A stretch of 64,000 bases of DNA, from NCBI GenBank assembly GCA_046563655.1, contig CM102283.1:6758001-6822000 (forward strand), written 5' to 3'. Below, in pieces: positions 27,714 to 40,200 of the stretch. Position 1 is the stretch's first letter; the number at the start of each line of letters is the position of its first letter. A program made the translations under genes and the position numbers. This stretch comes from Yuukianura sp. NJ FZ-2021 (Eukaryota). Below the pieces are notes generated by a model, which was not told the origin of the DNA, searched no databases, and worked only from the letters and a program-made list of their open reading frames with translations.

Positions 27714-29817
27714 TTAACTTTTAGTAACATTTTGATACAAGTAGTTTGTGTATCCAAAGATGAAGTGTCCCCAAGTAACGTTCATTAGGTACAGGACGCT
27801 TATGCAAGCAAAGTTCAGAATAACGCCGGGTTTTGCCATGTCTCTGATTCTCATTCCGCCTGCGCTGAAAACTACTGCGTTGGGTGGATTGGATGTTGGC
27901 AGAACAAAGGCATATTGACAGGCGATGGCTCCTGGAAGAGTCAAGTACAGCGGGTGAAGGTCAAGTCTTCGGGACTGAAAAGTGAAAATAAAGGTCAAAG
28001 GTCAATGAATTATCAAATGCAGGAAAATAACATAATGACTGTGTAAATACTTACTAGAGCAATTAGAATTGGGGTAAGAAGAGACACTGAAGCTGCATTG
28101 GAAATCACTTCAGTAAAAATTGAAATTAAGATCAACAGAATCAGGAGAATCACAGGAGGCGAGAAGACTTCGAGACCCTTAAGGGCTTCCCCAATCCAAT
28201 CGGATAAGCCCGATGCTTTTGCGCCGTCTGAAATGGCCAGTCCACCTCCGACAATGAAAATAACGTTCCATGGAAAGTGTTCTTGGATGTACTGCCAAGA
28301 CAGTATTGTATCACCCATGGCGTCCCCAACTAGAATTTGAAGAAAGGAACTTTTCAATTTGAAACTTTGAAATGGCTAACTTTTTTTCTGAAATTCTTGA
28401 ACAGAAATTACGAACTTCTGTGACGAAATCCTTCCAGTCTCTTTGGAATGATGAACATGAGCAATAGAATTGCAATTCCAACGGAAGAATCGCCAATTTT
28501 CAAACTATTTTTGGGAAAAAGCGTAAACCAACCAGGAAATACTTGCGGATTTCTTGTAAGCCACAACATGACAGCAACAGTAAGTAGGCCAAGAACTGCT
28601 GCTTCGTGGAATCTAACTCTACCCAATTCGGTATATTTCATTCGCAGTATAACATCCATTTTTGGTTGAGATTCGAAATTGCTTGGTAGTTCCGAAACGG
28701 TAAACCGGTAGGAAGTCCGGTTTTGGTTCGGTTCGGCCGGACTTGAGCAGCGCCGGATTGGTTTTTGCAAAAACAGAACTCCTAGAATTAGCCACGTGAC
28801 AAACAAATTCACAATGGCAATGGGCATACTGTAGGCAAAGAACGTGAAGAAGTTCAAATCCAAGTATTTCCCGCTTTGTCCAACGTTTTCTCTAGAAAAA
28901 GCAAAATTTCAGAAATGTAAAACAAAAAGTTTCATTGATTTGTTTGAAATTTTGAAAAAGTTGCTGTCTTACCATTACATTTCAATCAGTTCTTTGTAGA
29001 TTATGTTTGGTTGTGAACCGATTATGGTCGCTGTTCCACCAATATTGGCTCCGTAACCAACAGCCAGCATGAACACTACTCGCAGTTTTTTCTTTCTGCT
29101 TTCTCCAATGTTGGACGTATCCAAAGTGTCCACCAATCCAGAAATGATTGGAGCCATCATGGCAGCCACAGCCGTATTCACACTTATGACGCAACTCAGC
29201 ATCATAGATGTCACTAGAACTCCAAGCAAGAGACGCCAAGGACTGCAGCCAATCAGAAGCATGATTCGAAGAGCAATTCGTTTGTGGAGTCCGGAGTATT
29301 GCAAGGCAAGGGCAAGGCTAATGCCACCGATAAACATCATTTGAGTTTCCCGCATGTAGTTGGCAACAACTTGTCCTAGAAAATATTTTTTTAAAGTTTC
29401 AATTAACAAAATTCAACAAAACATGAAATAAAATTTCAAAATTTATTTTGAAAAGTGATACCTGTACTTTGTATTCCAAAAAATGGAAAGAATACAACTG
29501 GAATCAAAGCTGTTATGGCAAGAGGAAATAATTCCAGCATCCAGAAGATTCCCATCACAAGTATCGTGTAACCACATTTGAATCTCTTTACAAAATAATG
29601 AATTACGTCATATAATTTGCATAATATAATATAATATCATTTACATATTATTAAATATACTATGGTGGTAGACAGTTGCTTAGAAAGTGTTCGTATTTCA
29701 TACCTTGGATTCCATTTCATTTTCTCCCAAGAAGGTCAATGGCAAAAGCAAGCCGGGGATTACCAACGACGCAAGTAGTTTCCAATTTCCAAATTTTGAA
29801 CACAATTTTCTTGCCAT
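27714..29817 (-). CDS. SLC13/DASS (Indy-like) transporter, copy B (tandem paralog, 6 coding exons)
   Basis: Same motifs as copy A (LHKRIAL, YGANIGGTATIIGSQPN, PWNVIFIVGGG, TEVISNAAS, SNPPNAVVF) spread over ORFs 29698-29910, 28975-29409, 28408-28863, 28013-28357 and 27714-27998. Confidence 0.9.
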
Positions 29818-30990
29818 TTCCAAAAACTTTGTTTTGCCCGGTTTGAAATTTGAATTTGACAAGAACCTCTTGCGGCTTAATGCAAATTTGTGTAAAAGAA
29901 AAGATTGCACAGAGCTTAGAACCAGAGTTTAGAATCAAATTGTAAATTGAAAAATTATGTAGCTGAGAATTAAGATGAGAACTTGGCCTTGAATTGCGTC
30001 AGAATATAAAAAATCCGAAAAAAAAGTCACTCTAAAAGACAAACCTTAAAGAAGCTCTAACTCTTTGTGTTTCTATGTAAAACAATTTATCTAATGTGCG
30101 AATTTTTTTATACAAGAGAAATTTTAGCTAACAATGCCCGTAAAGTGTATGTTGTGGTTTTTGATTTAAGAAGTTAATTATGTATAAGAAAAGACAATCA
30201 ACAGCTATGAAACTTTATTAGGAGTGAGATAGCACACATAACATACCGAAAACCAGTTCAAGGCTATGTAATTTTTATATTCCAAGCGTATCTTTACAAG
30301 CTTGAGACAAAGTATTAATCAAACTTAAGACAAAATGTGCATATTCATGTCAAATAATGTCATCATACCGTAAATTTCCAAATAATGCCATTTCTCCATG
30401 TGAGCGCCTCTCCCCCATAGGTTCATACACAAATTTGTAGGGAACATTTGGAGATCTGCGGTATCACATATCCTAACGACAAGAATCACTCAGCTTTTAC
30501 AAAATTGTCGACTTCCAAATGTTAGTTTTATTGTAGTGTTTCAATTGTCGTAAAAGCTTAGCACTGAAAAAATACAACTAAAGCTAAAAGTTGGATTTCA
30601 AGACTACAGTTCGACAAATTACTTTAAAACAGTGTGTGGCATTGGACACATTTGCGAAATTTTAAGACTTAACGTAAGTTATATTTTTTGTTTTTGGAAA
30701 ATTCTAAACCAAGATTGAAACGAAAGTTGAAAGAAACGAAAGAAGACAGTATCTTGTACAATTTTTTCGTTTTCGAAATTATCGAAATTATTAACAAAAA
30801 TTTTGAACGTGTTCGTTATATCGGTTTAAGTAGAAAACACTCAAAGCTTAGACACAACCGTCTGAAAAACTTCCAAACACTGAAAGCATTTTAAGCTAAA
30901 CTTTTCAGCATCTTTTTTTGCTTTAGCTAAAGTAAAATTGTGAATTTGTTTTTTTAGCTCTTTTTGTAAATTTTGAGTTGCAGAAACGTT

Positions 30991-31755
30991 TTATGCTTGG
31001 ACTGGCGGTTCATATCGAGGTGGCTTCTTCGGATCATTTTCAAAGTACATGAAATCGATGAGAAGCACTGCTCCCAGTAGTGTTGCTTTCATTCTTGGAT
31101 CCATTTCAAGTGGAAAACAAATCCCGTAGTTGTCAGCATCCGACGACACTCGAGAGTGACCTTGATACCGATCAAATTCCAAACCATCAAATTCCTTAGA
31201 GATTCTGCCGCAGTGTTCGCCGGCTCCATCCAACCCCTTGATCTTAAATTCCACATTGCCCATGAGCTTACAAGTACAACAGAAGGCCCATTTGGGGCCC
31301 TTGATCTCCAGCTTATCCTTCAAGGCTCCATCACGCACGACATACGTTGGACTAAAGATGGCACACCTTTCAGCAACTTGACCCAGAAGTGTTTCGGTTT
31401 CATCGGCCAATGTGACGTTGATTTTGGAGTCGTCGAAGAGGCCACAGAAGCACATGCGACATCCGCAACAGGAAGTGCATGAACAGGGTCGTTCGATTCT
31501 CATGATCGTCTTGCCTGTAAAGTCAATGACTTTGAACTTAAATGGACGACTGGTGCAACAGCAACAAATGAGGCAGTAGTTGGTCGTTTCGACGGCAAAG
31601 AAGATTCGTTCTCCCTTGGAATTGATGATTTCGTACTTATTTTTAGTTTCAAAACCGGATAGGATTTCGGTCACTTCCACCAGTTGCTTAATGAACAAAT
31701 GAGTAGTGGATTCCAGCACTTCAAGTCCGGCTGGAGTCGGAAGAGGTTCGGCCAT
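30991..31755 (-). CDS. Phospholipid scramblase (PLSCR family); possible upstream coding exon 32081-31852
   Basis: P.GLE.L, GFETKNKYEI, RPF, Cys-rich palmitoylation cluster, GRISKEF, DADNYGICFP, KATLLGAVLLIDFMYFE. ORF 31848-32081 can splice in phase 2 to an acceptor at 31768. Confidence 0.92.
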   Translation of the reverse strand: MAEPLPTPAGLEVLESTTHLFIKQLVEVTEILSGFETKNKYEIINSKGERIFFAVETTNYCLICCCCTSRPFKFKVIDFTGKTIMRIERPCSCTSCCGCRMCFCGLFDDSKINVTLADETETLLGQVAERCAIFSPTYVVRDGALKDKLEIKGPKWAFCCTCKLMGNVEFKIKGLDGAGEHCGRISKEFDGLEFDRYQGHSRVSSDADNYGICFPLEMDPRMKATLLGAVLLIDFMYFENDPKKPPRYEPPVQA

Positions 31756-33450
31756 TTTTAAAAATAAACTGAATTTTAAAACCGAATTCCGAAAACTGAA
31801 CTTGAAAGTTAGAAATCGAAATATTTCTTGGGCGTTACTACAAATGTTTACTCATTTTTTGAAAAGATGCTAATCGTGACTGGAGAAAATTTTGGAAAAG
31901 GAGAGAAGCTGTGAAATAAGAGACTCTTATATGTGACTGAAATTCCTTTATCGATCTTGGGCGGGATGGACTTTTTCTTGGTATGTTTTGAGTAAACGCG
32001 TTTCCTGGACAAGATCCTGGAGACTCCAGTCGGACTATTCCGATCCCCCATGTGGTAAAATTCCATAGGGTGCAGATCCATTTAAAAAAAATTGAATACC
32101 CGCAGTTTCGGTGTATCCAAGATCCCTACGGTTTGTCTGCCTTATGCTGGAGAAAGTTAAAAAAATGAAAATGAAGTGAAAGGGGAAATTCCATTTTATT
32201 TGTGCTGGGCAGTCGTAAAGAAAATGCATTTCATGCATGTCAGAATTCTTTTCATTTTCTCGGCTTTCGTTGGCTTTCAATGATATTTTGATGCTCATCT
32301 TCCCAAATTACAGTTTCACACGAAACTGGAATACCGTAGATTTCCAAATAGTGCACTACTTCTACAGACTTCTAAAGTAGTAGTTGTTGTTAGGACGCTG
32401 TAAATGTTGGAAACAATTTGTGCACTGGGTTCACTATTTGGAAATTTACGGTAGTACGGTAAACGCAGGATATCCCTTTCACTTCGGTAAGTAACGCATT
32501 CAATTTCAGAAATTGGACGCTAGGTCCATCAAATATTCTGGTGAAAGTAAATGCCAACTTCAAATTCAAACACAAAAAAATTCAATTGTTCACAGGAAAT
32601 GTTCATAAAAAATTAATCAAATACCAAATTTGTCTTTTATGAATCTCGAAAATAAGATTGATGACACCTTAATTCAGTTTTTATTGAAATCCAAACTCAA
32701 AGTTAATCCTCAGTTATCAACTACACACTGTGACTTGAGTGTTGCTACCTGTAAAGCTTTTGTGTAAGTCGTTGCTTTTCTAAGGTAAACCGATTTTTCA
32801 TTCCGATTTTTTAAAACATAAGTTCGATTATTTTTTCCAAGTGTAAGTCCATTTCCCTCAAAAGTAAGTCAATTTTAAACAAATCGATCTTTACAGCGAT
32901 TACACGTCCATTTCGAATCGAATTTTAACGAATTTTTGCCTAGTTTGAAAATGGCTATTAGACTAGCATAGATTTTGATTGTTGCCAAAGTGGATTAGTT
33001 TTAAGTTAGAAAAGCAGTTGAAAAATCTTAACCAGTGGTTGCAATACTACAATTGGTAATGATTTGGCGCGTAAAGCCAAAAAGTGTGGGACCATTTTAA
33101 AACTAAGTTCTAAATTAAATGTATAGTGAATGTAAACTCGCAGTTAAGTTCAATTTGTGCCAGTAGCTCTTTAAAAAGTTAAGTTCCGAGGCATGGCAGG
33201 TGAAGTCACTGTGATTAGTCTTGTGTGTTTCCAGTTTTTTCCAAAAAAAAATTCATTTCGCAAAAATCCAACAATTTTTGAAATCCACACTAATCCGGAA
33301 GCTTTCACAAGACGGAGATGCTTATATGCGGTTGGTGGCACTTTTCAAAAGCAGCAGGAGCCAAAAAATTGGCGGAAGTTTTTGAAATTTTGTAAACAGG
33401 GCGTTCATGCGCAAATGGAAATGTTTTCCAAAACGTTGGTTTTTGCATCC

Positions 33451-36400
33451 CTAGACATTGATGACTCGTCGTTCACCACATTCAGGACAAAACTTGGCGA
33501 CGGGCGTTGGATATGACATTCCGCACTCATGACAGAACTTTGCATAAGTCGGCAACAGTTGTGGCTGTTGTTGAGGTTGACGTTGATCAGCAGACGTCGG
33601 CAGACTGTCTTTGTTCTTTGACTGCGAATAAGAATGACTGATGACGAGTCGACTGTCAGATGCAGAAGTAGAGGCAGGTTTCAAATCTGACTGCTTCGGT
33701 GACTGATGCATTATTTCTGGAAGTCGTTGCCTAGAAGTTCTTGGATCGCTGGGTCGACTTGGCTGGTCGCCAACACTTAGCAGCGTCTCCAGCGCTTCAA
33801 ACTCCAAATCAGTTCCATCGGATCTAAAAACATAACAAAAACATACCATAACAAAAGGAAATTTCGGTCTAGCAGAAACCAGAACAGCATACTAAAAAAC
33901 TTTTCAAAAAAGTTTAAACTTTGCCACCGCTCGCTCCTTTCATTCATCACTGAAATCCACTTGAACCGAAATAGAAACACTTTTTTTTTAAAAAGAAAAA
34001 CAAAGTGGAATTAAAAGTTTGAAGTTGAAAAGTTGGAATTGAAGTAGAAAGAACAAACATGGATTTTTTCAAAGCTAAGTTGTTCAGAACAGAATTTTTA
34101 GAACAAGAAAAATGTTCCATCCTCTCCCATTTGTCGCTGATTTTGTTTGACTAAAAACAACATTAGTTCCAGCATCTTTCTACTTGTGGAAGGAAATACT
34201 AGTTTTCCCGGGTGTTTTAATTAATGGCTATTTCCGTTCTTCTGAGAACAAGGATCTTCGTGATATTGTTTCCAGTTCATTGCAAAACAAAGTTTTCGAA
34301 ATTTTTCATTTACGTTTTCAAGCGTGTTCGAAATTTTTTGATTTTTTTTAGTGTTCAGTTTTATTCTTAGCTTTGCTTTTGCTTGCAATTCAGGTTGATC
34401 CCGACAGGTTTTTTTGCGCTCCACTCATGCTTTGAAAAAAATGCTAATCTTAAAATTCTTTCGAGCAAATGGCTTGTTTTTCTTGATTAACAAACGGAAA
34501 CAAGAAACTTTTCATTTCAGACCAACCTAAAAAATGTGTTTCGGAAAACATGATTAATGAAAAAGAAATGAATGGAGAATTTTCTTCATAAGTGTTGTTT
34601 TCACAAAACGTTAAAAGAGTTGGAAATTCAAACGTAAAATTTAAGTAGTGAAGCTGAGCTGATGCTTGTTAAGTTAAACAAGCTCAGATTTTAACTAAAT
34701 TTAATTGGATTTGGAATTTACGAACTTTCATGTGTCGCGTGGGAGTTGGTTTAAACGCATGCGTTTTAGTGCTTTGTTCCATTTTGAACAAAGTCATAAA
34801 TCAGTTAAAGTCTGTGACAAGATCTTTATCTTTATTATTTTCTGTGAAATATTCCTTACTGTGGCAGGGAAAAGTCAAAATTTTGCACATGAAATTAGAG
34901 CACAACCGTTACTTCAAATCCATTTCAGGAAAACAATTCCCATTTTAAGAATTTTCAAAACATGAAAAGGTCAGAAGGAACCGGTTCAAACGGAATATTT
35001 TTAAGCAGGATAATCTCTTCAATTGTTTTCGAAATTTCGAATTGGAAATTAATTGCACAAACCAATCCTAAAATGGGAGGAAAAACTGTAAAGTTTAAAT
35101 GAACATGCAATGTATCAAGTCTCGTCTCTTCGAAGAAATGCTGGCGAAAGTTGGAAAGTTTGCAACAACGAAAATCCATTAAACTAAAATTTGCAACTCA
35201 ATTCGAAGTGCGACCTGGAATTCAAAAAACTCAAAAATAAACATAAAAATATTAATTTTTTTTACCGACTAAAAGCTGAATCAGCACTGCTGATGTTAGA
35301 CACACCGCCGCGGTCACGGTACTTGAAGTTGTCCATGCTCGAATCCGACGAATCCCGCTTTTCATCTCTTGAACCAACAGATCGCTCCGGAAAATGACTC
35401 GACCGGCTCATACTGTCAATTGTTCTCTCCTGTTCCTTCTTCTTGGCCCTTAGAATTTCTTCCCAGTAGCCTTCATCTGCCGAAATATTAGTAAATGGAT
35501 CTTCTTCCCTTAGAAATGAATACAATTGGTTGTAACTGAGTTTTCTTGGTTCCTGTTTCTCCACGGGGTCACTTGAGGTCACTTGGACACTCGCCAGGGC
35601 CCTGTCAAGTCCCACTTTTCTTTGCGTATTCGGTCTCTGCGGATGTTGTGGTTGCGATTTCAAAAGTTCTTCAAGTTGTTTTGCCGCTTTTTCATATGGG
35701 TCATACTTAGGGTCAGAGGTCAACAAAGTTGATTTTGCAGAAGATTCGACCTTAAGTCCCCCATTGTTGTTGTAATTTCCATAGGAAGTTGTATTTTTGT
35801 TGTAAAAGTTCATTGGAGTAATTATGAGTGGAGATTGCTGATTCGAATTTGTGTTTTCAAGTCCCTCCGGTTCAACCCGTTTACCATTTCGGAAAAAATT
35901 TCGACCTAATGAACTTCGCAGTTTTGAATTTCGACCAAATTGGTCCATGTAGTGTCCACCCTGGCCATAACCGGATGAGGGCACATGCTCCAACCTCTCA
36001 ACCGATTTTGTTTTGGCGGGAAGATTCGATTTGGTATTGACGCGCATGGGTGTTGGTATTTTTGACGGAACGTTTGTTGACGGCCGAAATCCTTGCGACG
36101 GTAGACGAAAAGAACGCGAACGAGCAAAATCGCCGTAACAAGAAGACGACAAAGAATCATTCGATTTTTTAAAATGATAGTTCCCACTATTTTTCCCGCC
36201 ATTTCCAAACAGTTTGTTTAAAGCATTCGTGGCAAAGTTATGAACAGGATCTTTTCCAGGGGACATTGACCTAAGGCTGGTCAAAGAATTGGAGCCTTTG
36301 ATTGGTCTGTATTTTGTTCTCACTTCTTGACGTTCCCGCGCTTCTTCAATTTCTTTCGGAGTTGGTTGGATTTCATATTGACGTCGTTCCCACAAGTCCC

Positions 36401-37217
36401 TGCAAAAACTAACATGGCGGTCGTATGCTTTTAAGCCAAAGGAACGTAAACAGTATGGACAGTCCTCTGAAGGGCTCAGGGCCCTTGCATACGAAGGGAC
36501 GCTTGATGATTGGTTGTTTTCAGTTGAATCTTCAGAGGATCCAAATTCAGACGAGTTAGCTCCAAAACTGTCACTCGTGTCATGGAACGACAGCGTCTTG
36601 GGAATAGAAGCAGAGCGATGGTGACCTCTAGAAGAAGAGCCTTCGATCATAGACGAGGTCATTGACCCCGAGCTTTTCTCTTTTCCAGAAATGCTGCCAG
36701 CATTTGACCTGTTTTGTAAACTGCGTCGAAAACTGGAGGAGCGTGAAAAGGGGGAGGGGTCACCCGGATCTGGTGGCGGAATAAAGTCGGCCACGCGTGT
36801 GTTTTTAATTCGCATTGCATGTGAGTCGTAAGTTGGTCGATTGGACTTCCGTTCCAGAATATTCACTTTGGTACAAACTTTGGAGTGGCGCTCCAGTGCT
36901 TCTGGACTAAAAGTTCTATTGCAAATGATACATGGCAGGAGGATTTGAATTATGGAGTCTGGATCAGGCTGATCTTCAGCAGAACGGTCGATGCCGGCGT
37001 TCGAATCCCTCGATCGTCGTCCAGAATCTTCTTCGACGACGGGAGATATGGGTTTCCGCTCATTGTAGAAATTGGCGCTGAATGATTTTGAAAGCGGGAT
37101 TTTCCAGCGTGGAATTCCGCTTGTAGCGTCCATGGCTTCTCCAGTACTGTAATGCATTCCGATGGAATTGTCGCGTTCCGGGGCAATGCGTGACGATCCG
37201 TAGCTCATCGATTCCAT
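33451..37217 (-). CDS. ZC2HC1: ZC2HC1 (FAM164)-family C2HC zinc-finger protein; exons 37217-35266 and 33823-33451
   Basis: LLPCIICNRTFSPEALERHSKVC, CPYCLRSF...YDRHVSFC, and C-terminal AKFCHECG..YP...AKFCPECGERR. The phase-2 intron is compatible. Confidence 0.85.
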
Positions 37218-40200
37218 AACTTAGATTCTAAAATCAAAATTTAAAAAAAAAAAAAAATTAAATTTTGAAAAAAACTGACAAATTACGTCCGGAATTCATC
37301 GATTCCCTATCCCTACCGTACGCTTCATGAAAAGAAACTAAGATTAAATATGGTTAAGAATAGAAAGAAGTTTTTCGAATTTCAAATGGCAGTCGGGCGT
37401 CACTTTTGTTCTAATTCACTGGAGAGGAATAACTAAGCGTTTTGCCTTGATTTAGTGTCGAAATTTATTAGAATAGCCTAGATAAAGAACGCTAGAACGT
37501 GCTAAAAATTAATTCTTTAGCCACTCCATGAATAATTGCTGACGTGTTTGGATTTGGGCATGCACTGTATAAGTTACTTCCACCATTTACTTACTTAAAC
37601 ATTATGCTTTGTCAAATTCTTCGTAAATTGCGAATCTTTGACTTGACCTTGGTAACTTTTGGTCTGCTGAGGGCTGGTGTGAGGCTTCTTCAAAATAAGA
37701 ATTACAAAAATGACGAAGAACCTCTCCCACGCCTCCGCCAAAATTTTTGCAACAATACAATCACTACACCCCACGCGCACTTGATCCAACAAGGTTGCTA
37801 ATTTTTTTTGCAAAAAGGTTTCGGCAGGCGTTTACCCAAAGAATTTGCACGTCACTTTGCCAGTTTTAAAACAACCATTAACAAAAAAAATGCAAAAAGG
37901 AAAGAAAAGTGCAGACATGTTCACGTTCTGCTTCCGTCTTCGTCAATTGCAAATTTGCAATTTTCTTCGCCAATTTTCCATTATGCTTTTAAGCAATAAT
38001 TTCCCGTAAATTGTTCTTTGCTAAGCTTTTCCTGTTTTGCTCTCGAAAATCCTACCTGGAAATTGCAATTGTGTTGCTAAATGACTATTACACAAAATTC
38101 GTAAAAATTTGCAAATCCTAAAAAAGTTTGTAAATAGTGTCACGCGGAGATTATAAAGATCAGCGGCAAGGAAAATCCTTTGAAGAGTCGGAGATAAAAG
38201 TTTATCTACTTTTGGAGCTTAAAGTAAACACAGTTTGAATAAGTTTTTTTGACACTTTTAATTATTTTTAGAACAATGACAACTGAATTGAAACTGAGTT
38301 GCGCAGAATGACATTGCTGTGTGTGTTGACCAGTAGACCGACTAGAAGTGACTAATCATCCGTCTTGTTGACAGTTTGGGGGTGTGTGTTGGTGGAAGTA
38401 AATATCAGCCAAGGTCATACTTCCCCCTCACCCCCCAAAATCTGCAACTTTAAATCTGTTATTTGCAAAGTGAAAAGTGGAAAGACGCACTTTTAGTTCT
38501 TCCGAAGCCTAGCGACAACCCAAGCCAATACCAAAATCCTATCAAGAATACTTTTTTTTTGCAAATCGTGATTTTGCACATATGCATGAAAGTGTTGAAA
38601 ATTTTAAATCTTACGAAATTTCACGACAAGAACTAAAACTTAAGTTTTGAGATCCTCTCAAGCCGGTTTGCTGAATTTTTTATCAACGAGTTTAAAGTTC
38701 TCTAGATCAACCTTTTAGATGTTGTGATGTTGAGCTAATGAATAGAAGTTTACTATTGCATTTTTTGGCTTCTTGTGTTTTGCAAGTTTTTTAAAGTTTA
38801 TTTTTATTCTGTCAAAAACTTGCATAGAGTTCAGCAAAATGTCTAGTAAAACGAGTTTGTCCAGTTCATACTTTTACTTAAAGTAAGAAACGCCTTAAGC
38901 AGTTGTGCAGTTTTGCAAAAATAACAAGTATTCTTTAAAAAATTGACAAAGTCCTGGCGCCGCTAAATTTGGAACTTCGCATATGGTTGATATAATTTTT
39001 TGTCTGTTATAATTTTTTAATTTTGTACTTTTAGTTTTACGACTCTTTTCTTTAAAGTTTTAGTTTTTTTTTAAGTTTTTGCTTTACTTTGAAATTATTT
39101 CACAGTTCCTGTGACAGACGATAAACATTGTACCAAAAAAGTGAACGAAATAAAAAGTTCTAAAAAGTGGGATGAAGACATAAATATTTTCCTGTTTGAA
39201 CAAGGATATTGAGCGGAAGACAAAGTCATTCTTAAAACACGCAACCACAACACAAACCAACCTAAAATGTACCAAGAAGTGGCACACGCCCAGTTTTCCA
39301 ATATTAGAAACCCTATCCAGAACTCACTTCTAGCTTCATTAGTACACTGCTAGAACACAACTTTTGAATTCAACCGGTAACGGAAAAGATGCCCGGGTTT
39401 TTATGAACTCCCGCTCATCTTCCGCTCACCCCCGCCCATAAATAGACTTCAAATTTTTATATTCTAGGAGATTCGCACCGATGGAAAATACTTTGAAAAA
39501 GGGAGTCCCTTCCAGGAACTTTGAAATTTTGTCCTTTTTAGAATTTTTTTTTGAAAAGTATGGTAGAAATTATCGTTCCAATTTGTTCCGCTTAGAAATT
39601 CTTGGTTTTCAAACTTTAATTTACGAAGGGACAGCTTCAGTCCTAACGAGCTCCGAAGTCTCTCACCCCGCCAAACCATAAGTCACGACCACCAGAGACT
39701 TGAGACACTTAAGTTTAAGACGAACAAAAAATTCACTTATTAGACACATTTCAATTTCAAATTTTGGAAATTCTGGACCTTAATTAACAATTTTTAGCAC
39801 AAAACAAGATCTTATTCCACTCAAGGCCAAAAACACATAACCAAAAATTAGGGGTTCAGAAAAGTTATAACTTATTATTAGAGATCACAAAAAAAGTTAA
39901 TTATTTTTGAAACTGGCGCTGGTCCAAGCCTGAATCCAATTTCAGCAAGATGACAAAGTACTTTAGATGGAATTTGCAATTATAAGTTTATAGTTAAAAA
40001 AATATAATAATGAAAAAAATAATGTAACGTCATACATTTAAGCGTTTATGGTAAATACAAAGTGTAGAGTATCGATTGCTAAAAAGTTTGGCAGTAAAAA
40101 CTAACAATCGAATGTTGGCGTTTAGTTGTTGGCCAGATTCCATTATACTCATAACATTTTTGAATCATGAAGGAAAACAATGGAATTAAGGCCGACGAGA

